64,000 nt of DNA from Octopus vulgaris. Its lineage: Eukaryota. Where the stretch lies: contig OX597818.1 in the NCBI GenBank assembly GCA_951406725.2, positions 51,336,001 through 51,400,000 of the forward strand, given 5' to 3'. The stretch's first letter is position 1, and each line of letters begins with the position of its first letter. The position numbers and the translations under genes were made by a program. The notes under the pieces are model-generated. The model made no database searches. It was given only the letters and a program-made list of their open reading frames with translations, and had not been told where the DNA came from. Positions 52,535 through 64,000 of this stretch are shown one piece after another.

Positions 52535-55500
52535 TACATATGCACATCAACAGTGAGCAGCACTAAACAAGCTGCAACAAGCAAAGATGCTGCAACAGAC
52601 TCAGATTGATGTAAGATACAACTTCAGGCAAATTTACACCAAAATGTGCAGCTAAATGTAAACAACCAGCAACAGGCAATTGTGCATCTACCTACAAATG
52701 ATGCTTGTTTTAGACTGCCGGCATGCAGCAAGGATAGAAATAACTACAGGCAACAAGTGTGCAGTCACATGTGCAGCTAGAATTACAAGGCATGCAGCAA
52801 CGGCAGCAGCATAAACTGGTGCATAAGTTTTTAAGTGTTTTTGTATACCTCTTTACCATTCTCTCTTTTACTCGTTTCAGTCATTTGACTGCGGCCATGC
52901 TGGAGCACCGCCTTTAGTCGAGCAAATCGACCCCAGGACTTGTTCTTTGCGAGCCTAGTACTTATTCTATCTGTGTCTTTTGCCGAACCTCTAAGTTACG
53001 GGGATGTAAACACACCAGCATCGGTTGTCAAGCGATGTTAGGAGGTCAAACACAAACACACACACATATATATATATATATTCTAGTGAATATCTAACCA
53101 TTTCTTTGCTTCCATATCAAGCATTCACTTTTCTCATTATCATAATGAATGCTTTACCTCATTAAGGGCTTATAATCTTGGGAGGGGTTGCTCAGCAGGT
53201 ACATCAGCTTGGGGCCTAGAAACATGACAAGCACTCCACCACCCTGCCCATCCCCTCCAAAACAATACCCTTTAGAGCCAACCTGTATTTTGAGAGGGCT
53301 CACTGGACCTAAAAACAATTTTGTTTCACCTTCAAGAATTCCTCTTGAAGACTGATCTAACCCTTCCTCACCAAACCTTTACTTTTGTGTCATTATCCCT
53401 CCACCCCAGTACATGTGTGTCCCTTTACCTTTCCCCAATAACAAGAGTGGTGGTTAGTGTCCTTCAACATACATTCGAACACACCATCAAAACACACACA
53501 CACACACTTAACCCCTGATGATGGTCCCTCCAAACAGTCAACCTCCATCACATTCTCTCATTACAAAAGCAATCCAAGTGTCATTAAAAAACAATCACTA
53601 AGGTAATTAATTTGCACAAATGGCCGTTGCCAGCCTCGTCTGGCCCCCGTCCCTGGTGGCATGTAAAAAGCACCACCTGATCGTGGCCGTTTTGCCAGCC
53701 TCCTCTGGCACCTGTGCAGGTGGCACATAAAAAGCACCCACTACACTCTCGGAGTGGTTGGCGTTAGGAAGGGCATCCAGCTGTAGAAACACTGCCAGAT
53801 CAGACTGGGCCTGGAGCATGCCTCCTGGCTTCCCAGACCCCAGTTGAACCGTCCAACTCATGCTAGCATGGAAAACAGACGTTAAACAATGATGATGATG
53901 ATGATGATGATACTAGAAGCATGCACAGCTCTGTGGTTAAGAAGTCTACTTTGCAACTAAGTAGTTTCGGGTTCAGTCCCAACATGTGGACCCTTGAACA
54001 AGTGTCTTCTCCTATAACCCAGTTTTCATCTACCAAATCAGCTCACGAGGCATTGGTCAGCCAACAACATTATAGTAGAAAACACTTGCACAAAGTGCTG
54101 TGCTGTGGGACTGACCCCAAGACCACATGGCTAGAAGCAAAGTTCTTAACCACACAGCCATGCCTGTACCTACAGGTATCACACCGTAAATGAAAACACA
54201 GAGGCTGTATAAATTAGCATTGCTGTATTACTGAAGACTGGGTATATGGGTCTGCTTGTGCCATAGTCCTTAGGTGTCCTTCTAATAGTAGTTACTACAT
54301 CTCATACAAGCCAAAAAAAAAAAACAAGTGTTTATCTTAAAAGAAAATATTCCAAGTGTGACTTATCACCTGGTTCAGTTAACCAACAAAAATATCTTCT
54401 AATAAGAGAGTACTCAGTTCAGATCAAAGTTAAATTATCCATCTTCTGGTTTAACAAACACACTTTATAGATCAAATTTATTTTATTGAGAGAAGCACTA
54501 TTCCAGTGTTCCCCACAAATTTTTATCTGTATTTGTGGCGTTTAATGTAGATCTATGATAGTTCCAGATGACTAGGTTGAAAGATAGATAACCGGCCGAA
54601 GGAGAAGGCTGCTGGCAATGTCCAGGTCATGGTTAATCATCATCATCATCATCGTCATTTAACGTCTGCTTTCCATGCTGGCATGGGTTGGACGGTTTGA
54701 CTGAAAATTGGTACCTTAGGGAGCTGCACCAGGTTTCAATCTGATTTGCCAGGGTTTCTACAACGGGATGCCCTTCCGAACGCCAACCACTCGAAGAGTG
54801 CAGTGGGTGTTTTGGATGTGCCACTGGCACAGGTGCCAGTTACGAAACACTGGCATTGGCCATGACTACGGTCTCACTTGGCTTGACCGATCTTCTCAAT
54901 TGTAAGAAAGTACAACAAAGAAATAAAAACACCCCGCTGTAAGGCAGGATTGCTGTTGTTATTGCTTAGTCCCCAGATTAGCTGTAATCAAGCAGAACAA
55001 TGATCAAATGCATTCCATTGTGGCCATCCTGTCATTTTAAAGGTAAGTAGGACTACATATCTGAGGTGCCCTACCACTTCTCAAAGAGCATGGGATGTGA
55101 GCTGAAGAAGATTTGGTTGTTATTACTAGCAGAATGACTGTCCGTAGAGAAACTCCATTCTGTGTGTGAAATTGATGGCTGATTCCATAGCTTGAGGGAA
55201 CTGCTTGGAGAGGGATGAGTTCACCCCCCACCCTAACTTGTCCTCAATACATTACACAAGTGTTGCTATTACCCAGCTGGTTAAGGGCTTCACCGTCCTA
55301 AGATACACAACACACATACACACACCTAACGGATGGCTCGTATACAAACAGGATTGAACACACAAGCTTACACACAGTGAAAAACATGGAATCAGGATAG
55401 GAACAATAATTATATAGTCTGTACTAGTATATACTGACTTGTCCTTAGAACAAATACCATCCAATTTGGTATAATTATTTTACTTCACTAATTCCATCAA

Positions 55501-55583
55501 TCTACAATTCATGCATTTTAAAATTTGGACTACACCATCTACTTTTACTGTAAAGAAATTTTATAAGAGATGCTGCACGAAGT

Positions 55584-55634
55584 TTTGTCAGTGAACAGGT
55601 CGCGGTCTTAAAGCGACGAAAATATTTCGACAAA
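55584..55634 (+). ncRNA. Minimal type I hammerhead ribozyme-like motif (G3-C8 core variant)
   Basis: tttgtca-GTGAACA-g-gtcgc[ggtcttaaa]gcgac-GAAA-atat-TT-cgacaaa: helix I, helix II, GAAA, palindromic tetranucleotide and UH are in the correct order. Confidence 0.6.
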
Positions 55635-55966
55635 TTAAATTTAAATGTTGAAGCGAATCTAACAGATTTGGTACGTTTCTTAAATGGCTTATAAACACCT
55701 TCCACGCTGCAATTGTTTTCGTTCCAGCACACGATCTCAGATCAAGTCACTTGCTATGCAAGTACATCTCCGTAAATTTTATACTATTTTGGATAGTTTA
55801 TACTGGAGCATTGTCACATAAAAAAATTAAGTTTTTATGAAATGACTCTAAAGCCAGACAACTGGGTGTTGGTCAATGAGAATCTAGAAACCCCAGACCC
55901 AAATATTTCTTAATTTGACGTTGCATATAGAATCAGACAAAGCAAAACTGTTCTAAGTATACTTAC

Positions 55967-56803
55967 TTTCAGTTCCTGATTTGCCATCAGAATCTTTAGA
56001 CTTCTGTGATTTTGTGTTTTCTGATTCTTTCTTTTGAGATTTTGGTGTTTCAGGTTTTTTCTTTTCAACAAGAACACTGTCAGAAGATTTTTTGTCAGAT
56101 TTGGTCGTTTCTACAGGTTTAAACTTACTGTCCATTGGTTTGAATTTAGCACTCTCTATAGGTTTGAATTTAGCAATTTCTATGCCCTTAAACTTAGGGC
56201 TCTCCATAGGTTTGAATTGCATTGAATCAATTGGTTTAAATTTGGAAGCTTCAACAGATCTTGAACTGATGTCAAATTTGGCCACAGACTTGCTGTCCGA
56301 ATTCTGCTGAAAATCAGTCTTGGGCTGCTCAACAGGTTTCAGTGTCTCAACAGCCTTTTTAGATTTCTCTTCCAGAGCTTTCTGCTCTGAGCGTGCTAAT
56401 TCTAGAGCTTTTCGGCGACTGCTCCCAGAACCGAAAGTAGTTCTGTGCTGCAAGAATGCAGGGCTTGTGACAATGGGCTTGCTGCCAAACGCAGCGCTTT
56501 GTCTCATTTGTAAGGATTTATTGGGGTTTTGTGCCTGGGAACCCGTGTTTGAATTTGTAGTCATATACGAACTGTGTAAGAAAGACTCACTTCCTGGAGT
56601 GTTCCCTGAAGTCTGAAAGGCTTTTGGTAACGTTGAGAACTGAGGCTCAACTGTACCAAATTTTGGAACTTGATCTGGTTTAGTCTTTGAATCCATGTTC
56701 AACTCAAGTTGTGGACGTTCAGGTTCAAGCTGAGGTGGAGGAGGAGTGGAATTATTCCTTTTGTTGCCACTATTACCAAAACTGTCTGATTTTGTTCGGA
56801 GGT
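55967..56803 (-). CDS. GTF2I-repeat/chromodomain gene exon: 837-nt K/S/P-rich low-complexity linker
   Basis: Lies within the longest ORF in the window (288 aa); tttcag acceptor, gtaagt donor, phase 1-1. Confidence 0.9.
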
Positions 56804-57349
56804 CTGAAATAAAAACCAAAAAATATCATCAACACCTCAACACCCTTAGTTTTGAGAAAAGTTCAAACATATGCTTTTTCCTTTCAGAAAGTATAAGAAG
56901 GTTCTTTATACCTACATTTCTTCTTTTTTCCACATAAAAATTGAGTTGTTAAGGGTTAATGTTAGCCTCGGTCTATTTGTGAATGAAATAGGAACATGTA
57001 TTTATCAAAAAGGAAAAGCTATATGGAGATTCCAAAGATATTCAATTTAACAAGAGCTGGTAGCATTCCCAATGAAACAGAAGTGTATAAAACAGTCTAC
57101 ACCCTCAACAGAATCTAGTCCTTGTTTAAGGATATCACTAACCATTTTTACAGATTCTGAAGAGGAAAAAAAGTGAAATTGTGTAGTTTTCTGATGTAGC
57201 AAAATAATGTTAATCTTTCCAAAACATTGGATGATATGTGTAAAAAAAAAATACAGCTAGTTGTGGTTAAGTAGGTATAGTTGGAAAAGAAATATGCTCT
57301 CTCTCTCTCTGTGCATATATATCTATTTATCTATATGTATATATATAAA

Positions 57350-57562
57350 AATTAAAAATTAGGGTATCTATGAGATACCACCATGCTGAAAATAGCAGCC
57401 ATGATTTGACTCTAAAACCACCTAAATTGTCCATATATCAACATGGAGAGAAAACAAAGAGACAAGATGAAACTAGTAAAAAATTACTAGTTTTTAGACT
57501 CAGATCATGGCTGCTATTTTCAGCATGGTGGTATCTTGTAGATACCCTAATTTATGATTTTA
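57350..57562. repeat. Fold-back element (~70-bp arms) between TA microsatellites
   Basis: aattagggtatcta...ccatgctgaaaatagcagccatgat is mirrored by atcatggctgctattttcagcatgg...tagataccctaatt. Confidence 0.85.
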
Positions 57563-57663
57563 ATAATTATTACCTTTGAAGGTTATTTTTTTCTACGCTG
57601 ACCACTTGATAAAATCGTTATTTTATTTTTAAATTAGCGATCTTATCCTTACTTATATAAATT

Positions 57664-57720
<57 letters not shown>

Positions 57721-58069
57721 CTATTTTCTTAGATTTGTCCATATATACTCTTTTATTCTTTTACCTGTTCCAGTCATTTGACTGCAGCCATGCTGGAGCA
57801 CCAGGACTTATTCTTTGTAAGCCTAGTACTTATTCTATTGGTCTCTTTTGCCGAACCAGCATCAGTTGTCAAGTGATGGTAGGGGTACAAACACAAGCAC
57901 ACACACATGACAGGCTTCTTTCAGTTTCCGTCAACCAAATCCACTCACAAGGCTTTGGTCTGCCTGAGGCTACAGTAGAAGACATTTGCCTAAGGTGTCA
58001 CGCAGTGGGACTGAACCTGGAGCCATGAGGTTGGTAAGCAAGCTACTTACCACACAGCCACTCCTGCGC

Positions 58070-58385
58070 TATATATATATATAAAATACAAAATGGGACA
58101 AGAACGCAAAATATCCGGGCAACTAGGTGATACAAAAAGGGACAACAAAACATCCAGATAGACGATACCAAGTAAACAAGTCCAGATTAGAGCAATCTCA
58201 AGAATAATCAGCCGAAATTGCGAGGATAATCTGGTTCTTGACTGAAGATAGAAAACTTCGAATGACCTGTCCTTGTTTTCTTTGTATCGTCTATCTGGAT
58301 GTTTTGTTGTCCCTTTTTGTATCACCTAGTTGTCCGGATGTCTTGCGTTCTTGTCCCATTTTGTATTTTATATATATATATATAT
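58070..58385. repeat. Fold-back element (~100-bp arms) bounded by (TA)n
   Basis: aaaatacaaaatgggacaagaacgcaa...gacgatac is mirrored by gtatcgtc...ttgcgttcttgtcccattttgtatttt. Confidence 0.88.
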
Positions 58386-59434
58386 GGACAAATCAAAGAA
58401 AATGAAATTAACAATGGAATTTAAAATCACTACAATTGTTTCAATGCATTCATACACCTGTCATATATAGGTGAGATGTTGCGTATTCATTATTTTACAA
58501 CAAAGGTGTAGAATGTGCCTCCTCAGGAGATTGTTCAAATAAGTTCTTGATTAGATCCTTTCACAATTTCACTCAGTTTGGTCACATATACCCAGAGTGG
58601 TGTGTCATTCCCAGCTTTTCACAGACAAAACTAAAACCACAGATATAGTGACGGACAAGATACAATTAATCAAAATACAAAATATATAGATAAAAAAAAA
58701 TAGAGGAAAGAAAATAAAAGGATCAGGTTGACTACAAATTTCTATTCTATCTAAGGGTCAGACTACAAAGAGGAAAGTATTGACCAAACTAAGGAATAAA
58801 ATGAAACATTTAGAGATATTAAAGCAATACGTGCTAGTAGGGTGCCAAAAGCACCATCCGAGCGTGATTGTTGCCAGAGTGGCTATCTGGCCTCCGTGCC
58901 GGTGACACGTAAAAGACACCATTCGAGCGTGATCGTTACCAGCATCGCCTTACTGGCACCCGCGCCGGTGGCATGTGTAAAAGATTTGAGCGAGGTCATT
59001 GCCAGTGCCACCTGACTGGCGGCATGTAAATGCACCCACTACACTCTTGGAGTGGTTGGCGTTAGGAAGAGCATCCAGCTGTAGAAACTCTGCCAGATTA
59101 GATTGGAGTCTGGTTCACCAGCCCTCAGTCATATGTCCAACCCATGCTAGCATGGAAAGCAGACGTTAAACGATGATAATGATGATGATGATGGCCATGA
59201 GGGATTTCTGTTGAATGAATTGACCAAAGTACTCAACTTTTTTAAACCTGGTATGTATTTTATCAGTCTCTTTTGTGAAGCCACTAAGTTATGGGGCACC
59301 CAAACACACCAACATTAGTTGCTAAGCAGTGATGGAGAACAAATACACACACACACACACTCATTATCGGCTTTGGGTGTTCAAACAAGGGAATACAAAA
59401 TAAGCTATGCTAGGTACTGTTTGAAAGTTCTCAC

Positions 59435-59568
59435 CTTTATTAGGTTGTGTGTCATTGGACTGAGCAGGTAAAGTAGGAGGCGGTAAATTGTTCTCTGTGG
59501 ATTCTGTACTCGTATTTTCTTTCTTTGGCGTCGGGTTAGAAGTGACTTTCTTTTTGTTTGGCTGTGGA
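59435..59568 (-). CDS. GTF2I-repeat/chromodomain gene exon: linker (PQPNKKKVTSNPTPKKENTSTESTENNLPPPTLPAQSNDTQPNK)
   Basis: gttcag acceptor, gtgaga donor, 134 nt phase 2-1, in frame with both neighbours; basic NLS-like clusters. Confidence 0.85.
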
Positions 59569-59896
59569 CTGAACAAACAAACAAACAGAAAATAAACAAA
59601 CGATCAATGTAAATTAAAAAAATAAACATAAGTTACCTGACTAAAACCAGCGAAAGAATAAAACAAAACCTACGCATGGTTATCTTTTTATGATTACTTC
59701 TCCGCTCCATGTTTGACTGAGCTGGAACGGATCTGACTCTCATGAAGTGTATTGCCAGTTATTGCAATCTTCCATCATCTCCTACATGTTGTTCAGCCCC
59801 ATGAGATCAGCTATTGCCGGTTCTTTCCACAATTCTTCCAAATGGATGGTTTAGCATATAATTAACCCAACTGTCATCTTCCATATACAACACATA

Positions 59897-60408
59897 CCAT
59901 AAATCCTCGAGGATAATCCGCATTTTCCCCCCAAAGTTTAAAGGTCAAAATCCCTAGTGCGTACTATATACGAGGTTAAAAATGAAAGATATTTTCTAAG
60001 CAATGTCCAAGTCTCTATTTGCTGTCCAGCAATGTTTATTCAGACGCATTTTGTGATGTCGGGCGCGAAAATACCTTAAGCTAAGCCTGAAAGCAATGAA
60101 GTCATAAAAGAATCATCCATAACTTGCAATAAGCAACATTTATTAAACGTTATTACTGTTATTTCTTTATTTTCTGCAAACAAAATGCCCAAAAAAGCTA
60201 CACTTTTGCATTATGTTATATATACAATAACAATAAAAGACGTTACCGTATACATTTTTACAAACCAAGGATGTTATATAGACCTCCTTGACTCAAGTTA
60301 GAGAAGGGGTGCGTATTATACACAAGGTTTAGGTTTTTCAGAGGTACAGCCCCCTAAATATCTCCTGTGTATTATACTCAAGGGCGGACTATACTTGAGG
60401 ATTTACGG
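59897..60408. mobile_element. Tc1/mariner (pogo-like) MITE
   Basis: TA-ccataaatcctcgaggataatccgc...gcggactatacttgaggatttacgg-TA; TA target duplication. Confidence 0.8.
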
Positions 60409-60867
60409 TATTTATCATCATCATTTAATGTCTGCTTTCCATGCTAGCATGGGTTGAACGATTTGACTGAGGACAGGCGAACCAGATGGCTGCACCAGGC
60501 TCCAATCTTGATCTGGGGCTAAACACAGAGAGGACAAACAAGGACAGACAAATGGATTAAGTCGATTATATCGACCCCAGTGCGTAACTAGTACTTATTT
60601 AATCGACCCCGAAAGGATGAAAGGCAAAGTTGACCTTGGCGGAATTTGAACTCAGAACGTAACTGCAGACGAAATACCACTAAGCATTTCGCCTGGTGTG
60701 CTAACGTTTCTACCAGCTCACTGCCTTTGGAAATATATAACCAACAGCGCTACTGTCCACTAAATGTAATATAAAACATTAAATAAAGAGCCTGCTCTTC
60801 AACATTTATTGTCTGTATCAGGGCACCTGATTGTCTTGTACACATTGGCTGATGTTGTCAGTACTTT

Positions 60868-61245
60868 GGGTGCAGGAGTGGCTGTGTGGTAAGTAGCTTG
60901 CTTCCCAACCACATGGTTCTGAGCACCTTGGGCAAGCGTCTTCTACTATAAGCCTCGGGCCGACCAAAGCCTTGTAAGTGGATTTGGTAGATGGAAACTG
61001 AAAGAAGCCTGTCATATATATGTATATGTATGTGTGTGTTTGTGTGTCTGTGTTTGTTCTCCCCCAACATCGCTTGACAACCGATGCTGTTGTGTTTATG
61101 TCCCCGTAACTTAGCGGTTCGGCAAAAAGCGACCGATAGAATAAGTACAAGGCTTACAAAGAATAAGTCCTGGGGTTGATTTCCTCAACTAAAGGCTGGT
61201 GCTCCAGCATAACCGCAGTCAAATGACTGAAACAAGTAAAAGAGT
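60868..61245 (+). mobile_element. Family A SINE
   Basis: Head, microsatellite and tail as in the other family A copies. Confidence 0.85.
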
Positions 61246-61748
61246 ACACTATTTTCACTTAGTTTCTCCTGTGAGTTAACACTGACATCAGTCACAGACA
61301 AACTGCAGCTCACAGAACTTCTGAATGGTACACCTAATGAAAAATTACCTTGAATTTTGTTTAGTGGCATGGTCTGCTTAACGTTGAGCCACCTCTCACG
61401 TGGTCCCTTGAAAAGGGTTGCTTCATGTCAGATTTATACAATGAATCATATACAAATTACTTCCCTCAAGACACTGCAGAATTTCTAAATTTGGTGCCCA
61501 AGTCTTGCTACCTTTTCTTACTGAAGATACTATAATAATAACTGTGGCAGGGGTGGTGGTCATGGTTGTAATAGTAGTAGTTGTTGTCATTGTCATTTAC
61601 TGTCTATTTTTCATACTCAAGAGGAGCCGACATACTAGAGTATAGTGTCAAGTTCCAATACCTGCTTTGGTATAGTTTCTACAGCTGGATGCCCTTCCAA
61701 ACACCAAATATTATTTTGGTAAATACTTCTTTAAGCAGTATAACTTAC

Positions 61749-61926
61749 TTCTTTAGGTGAAACTGGATTTTTTCAGAAGCATTTAAAATTTTCCGAAGAT
61801 CCGATATTCCATAGGACTGTGGTCTTTTTAGGATAATGCCATCCGGGAAGCCCTCAATGTCGATAAACATAGGATCTTTTTCCAGTTTAACATATGGCAT
61901 GGTCCGAGTACTGCCGCAACATAAAG
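61749..61926 (-). CDS. GTF2I-repeat/chromodomain gene exon: I-repeat core (SLCCGSTRTMPYVKLEKDPMFIDIEGFPDGIILKRPQSYGISDLRKILNASEKIQFHLKN)
   Basis: pyrimidine tract plus ccag acceptor, gtaagt donor, 178 nt phase 1-2; PY..P...IEG(F)PDGI..(K)RP.SYGI..L.KIL.....I.F pattern of the GTF2I repeat. Confidence 0.9.
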
Positions 61927-62213
61927 CTGGTAGCGAAAAGGATAAGAAAATAAGTGAGCAGAATAGATAGATATATAGACAAAGAGAAGAGTGAAAGTGG
62001 AAGATTAACAGTTTTAGAAGTTGAATATTGCCAGGATTATTGGGTGTGTAAATACAGTTGAGGGAAACTAGCAATTAATATGAAGGTGAGTCAATTTCAG
62101 TAAATATGAAAACCAAGATCAGAAATTTCAAATGGAGCTATTTTCCCTTCCAAAATATTTTTAATGTTTTCTCTTTTAAAACTGGATTCCACCCACCAAA
62201 TCTAATAGGTATT

Positions 62214-62585
62214 TTGACTCGACTTGACTTGAGACAGCATGCACCCGGGGTGGGTTGAGCTGGCTTCATTCATCCTCAATGCTGCATCTCTCACAAACGC
62301 CGACCCAGACCTGGCGATTTGAGGCTAACGACCACGTGATCTCCAACCACTCCTTATTCCAGTGGCGAACGCCGTAGATATGGGGGCCTGGGTTGGGTTC
62401 CAGATCAGCCTCGACTGTCATCAGCCAGGTTTTTCGTTGTCCATCACATCACTTTCGCCAACCCTGAAGGGGAGCCGGGGCAATTGCTTCGTAGATGAAT
62501 TCTCCTGGTTGACGACGGAGGGCATGACCCAGCCAACGCAGACATCTCATTAGGATGACTTGTTGGGGGGAGGTGATTCTGCACT
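62214..62585 (-). mobile_element. RTE-clade LINE 3' end with a (CAAGT)n tail
   Basis: Minus translation LRWLGHALRRQP...GQRKTW..TVEADL; GC-rich; tail tcaagtcaagtcgagtcaa. Confidence 0.75.
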
Positions 62586-63247
62586 ATTAAAGGCTCGCCA
62601 AGCCTTCAATAGGTATTTTAGTGATTACTAGTAATGCAGCCTTGTAGGATAATACAATATAAGCATACTTTACTACCAAATGACTCAATATGCCTAAATA
62701 AAAACTGAAATAGGTTCATACTCTCTTCAACACTGATGTAATCTAAAGAAAGGATATGGTATCCGTGTTGAGATGCAGGAGTCGTCAGAGAAACACTGGG
62801 AATTCACTAGACTGCTTTAACCCTTTTGTGACCATATTTCTGTTAAGATGCTCTGTGTTTCTTTCAATTAATTTTAAATATAACAAAGAATTTAGTAAAA
62901 TAACTTAGTTATCATTAAGCTAGTGTTAGGAACATAAATTGTGACTAAGGTTTGGTAGAAGATTTTAATTCAAAACTTATGAAAACAGGACATTTGTACT
63001 ACAGAGCCAGGGGCGGTTTCAGGCAGGTTGGTATCAAAAGGGTTAAGGACTCCAGTACCAAGTTAACAATTCTGATCTCTTCTGGTAATCAGAGTCACAG
63101 TTCATAACTAAAGAAGGAGCCTCAACATCAGTTGCAACATCACATAATGTTTCCTCCTCATCACCTATCCAAATGATAAGATGTAATTTGAGTGTGTGTG
63201 TGGCTCTTTTATAAATCTGAAATAAAGTGTTATGAAAATGGACTCAC

Positions 63248-63325
63248 AAAACTTCTCATTGAATAAGGCCTTCACTTCTTCTGCAAGCTTCTTACGATTG
63301 TTTTTGGGCTGATCTTTGCCCTTGG
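63248..63325 (-). CDS. GTF2I-repeat/chromodomain gene exon: N-terminal part of the I-repeat (KGKDQPKNNRKKLAEEVKALFNEKF)
   Basis: tttcag acceptor, gtgagt donor, phase 1-1; L..EV..LFNEKF matches the start of a TFII-I I-repeat. Confidence 0.88.
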
Positions 63326-64000
63326 CTGAAACGAATAAAAGAAGAGAAAATATTTTTAGTCTATACAAATCACAGTTCATAGCGTGAGTGATTTAATTAA
63401 TTAACTAAAGCTGTATGAAACAAACTATTTTATTAATAATTCAAAGGAAACAAGTAATATAAATAAATGCAGTTAATTGTTTTTCTTTTTTAAGGAAATT
63501 TCTGTAGTGAGGAAAAATAAAGCCATCAATGTTTTGGATATAGTTTCTCTTCTCTGAGAGACAAAACAGTGAAGAGGAAAGATTTACACAAAATAATGGC
63601 AATAATGGTAGAATGGTGGAGGCAGCGGCCCAAGGAATTGAAATGGTGAGCTAACTATGAGAAGTAGAGTTATAAGTCTATATAGAATATATAACAGTGG
63701 TTTTGGTAAGATTTGAACTTATGCATATATAGTCAATAGTTTAGTAGTAAGTATTCTTAACTCAGTAATTAAAAAAAAGTGTCAACAAAAGAAGCTAAAT
63801 AAAATGCTAATTCCTAATGTCAAGAATCCTGGTTCAGCCACAGGTTCATAACACTAGGCTTCATTATGTTATCTTTTACTCCATTACTCCGTCACATTTT
63901 TACTCCATTTACTCTGTCACTTAGCAGTTCGGCAAAAGAGACCGATAGAATAAGTACTGGGCTTACAAAGAATAAGTCCCGGGGTCGATTTGCTCGACTA

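Noticed and set aside
860-61370. Most 60-190 aa ORFs in the track (LDALPNANHSESVVG, ASFSFRLPNPLTR, YIYIYI types)
   Set aside because: They are recurrent translations of SINEs and microsatellites, not genes

Overview
AT-rich, SINE- and microsatellite-dense eukaryotic genomic DNA, most likely an octopus (inferred from the SINE families, not verified). Two convergent spliced genes are visible. (1) The 3' half of a DDX6/Me31B RNA helicase gene lies on + (exons 130-12557) with a probable ~4.3 kb 3'UTR nearly free of interspersed repeats. Its motif II reads DEGD rather than DEAD, and I could not find the expected 52-nt exon carrying GRFGHLG...DDR. (2) An unnamed gene on - enters from the right edge. 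Five exons (63248-63325, 61749-61926, 59435-59568, 55967-56803, 35520-35653) splice in frame at GT-AG sites into about 450 aa: a TFII-I (GTF2I) I-repeat, a long K/S/P-rich linker and a C-terminal chromodomain. The chromodomain exon is too short to appear in the ORF track. This I-repeat plus chromodomain protein in an invertebrate is the main finding. Also notable are Penelope-type minimal hammerhead ribozyme motifs with swapped 3-8 core pairs, long fold-back elements in TA microsatellites, an inverted pair of SINEs with amplified internal arrays, and candidate poison exons. The rest is SINEs, LINE 3' fragments (RTE, CR1-like), MITEs and a Helitron. Repeat boundaries are approximate and only representative copies are listed.
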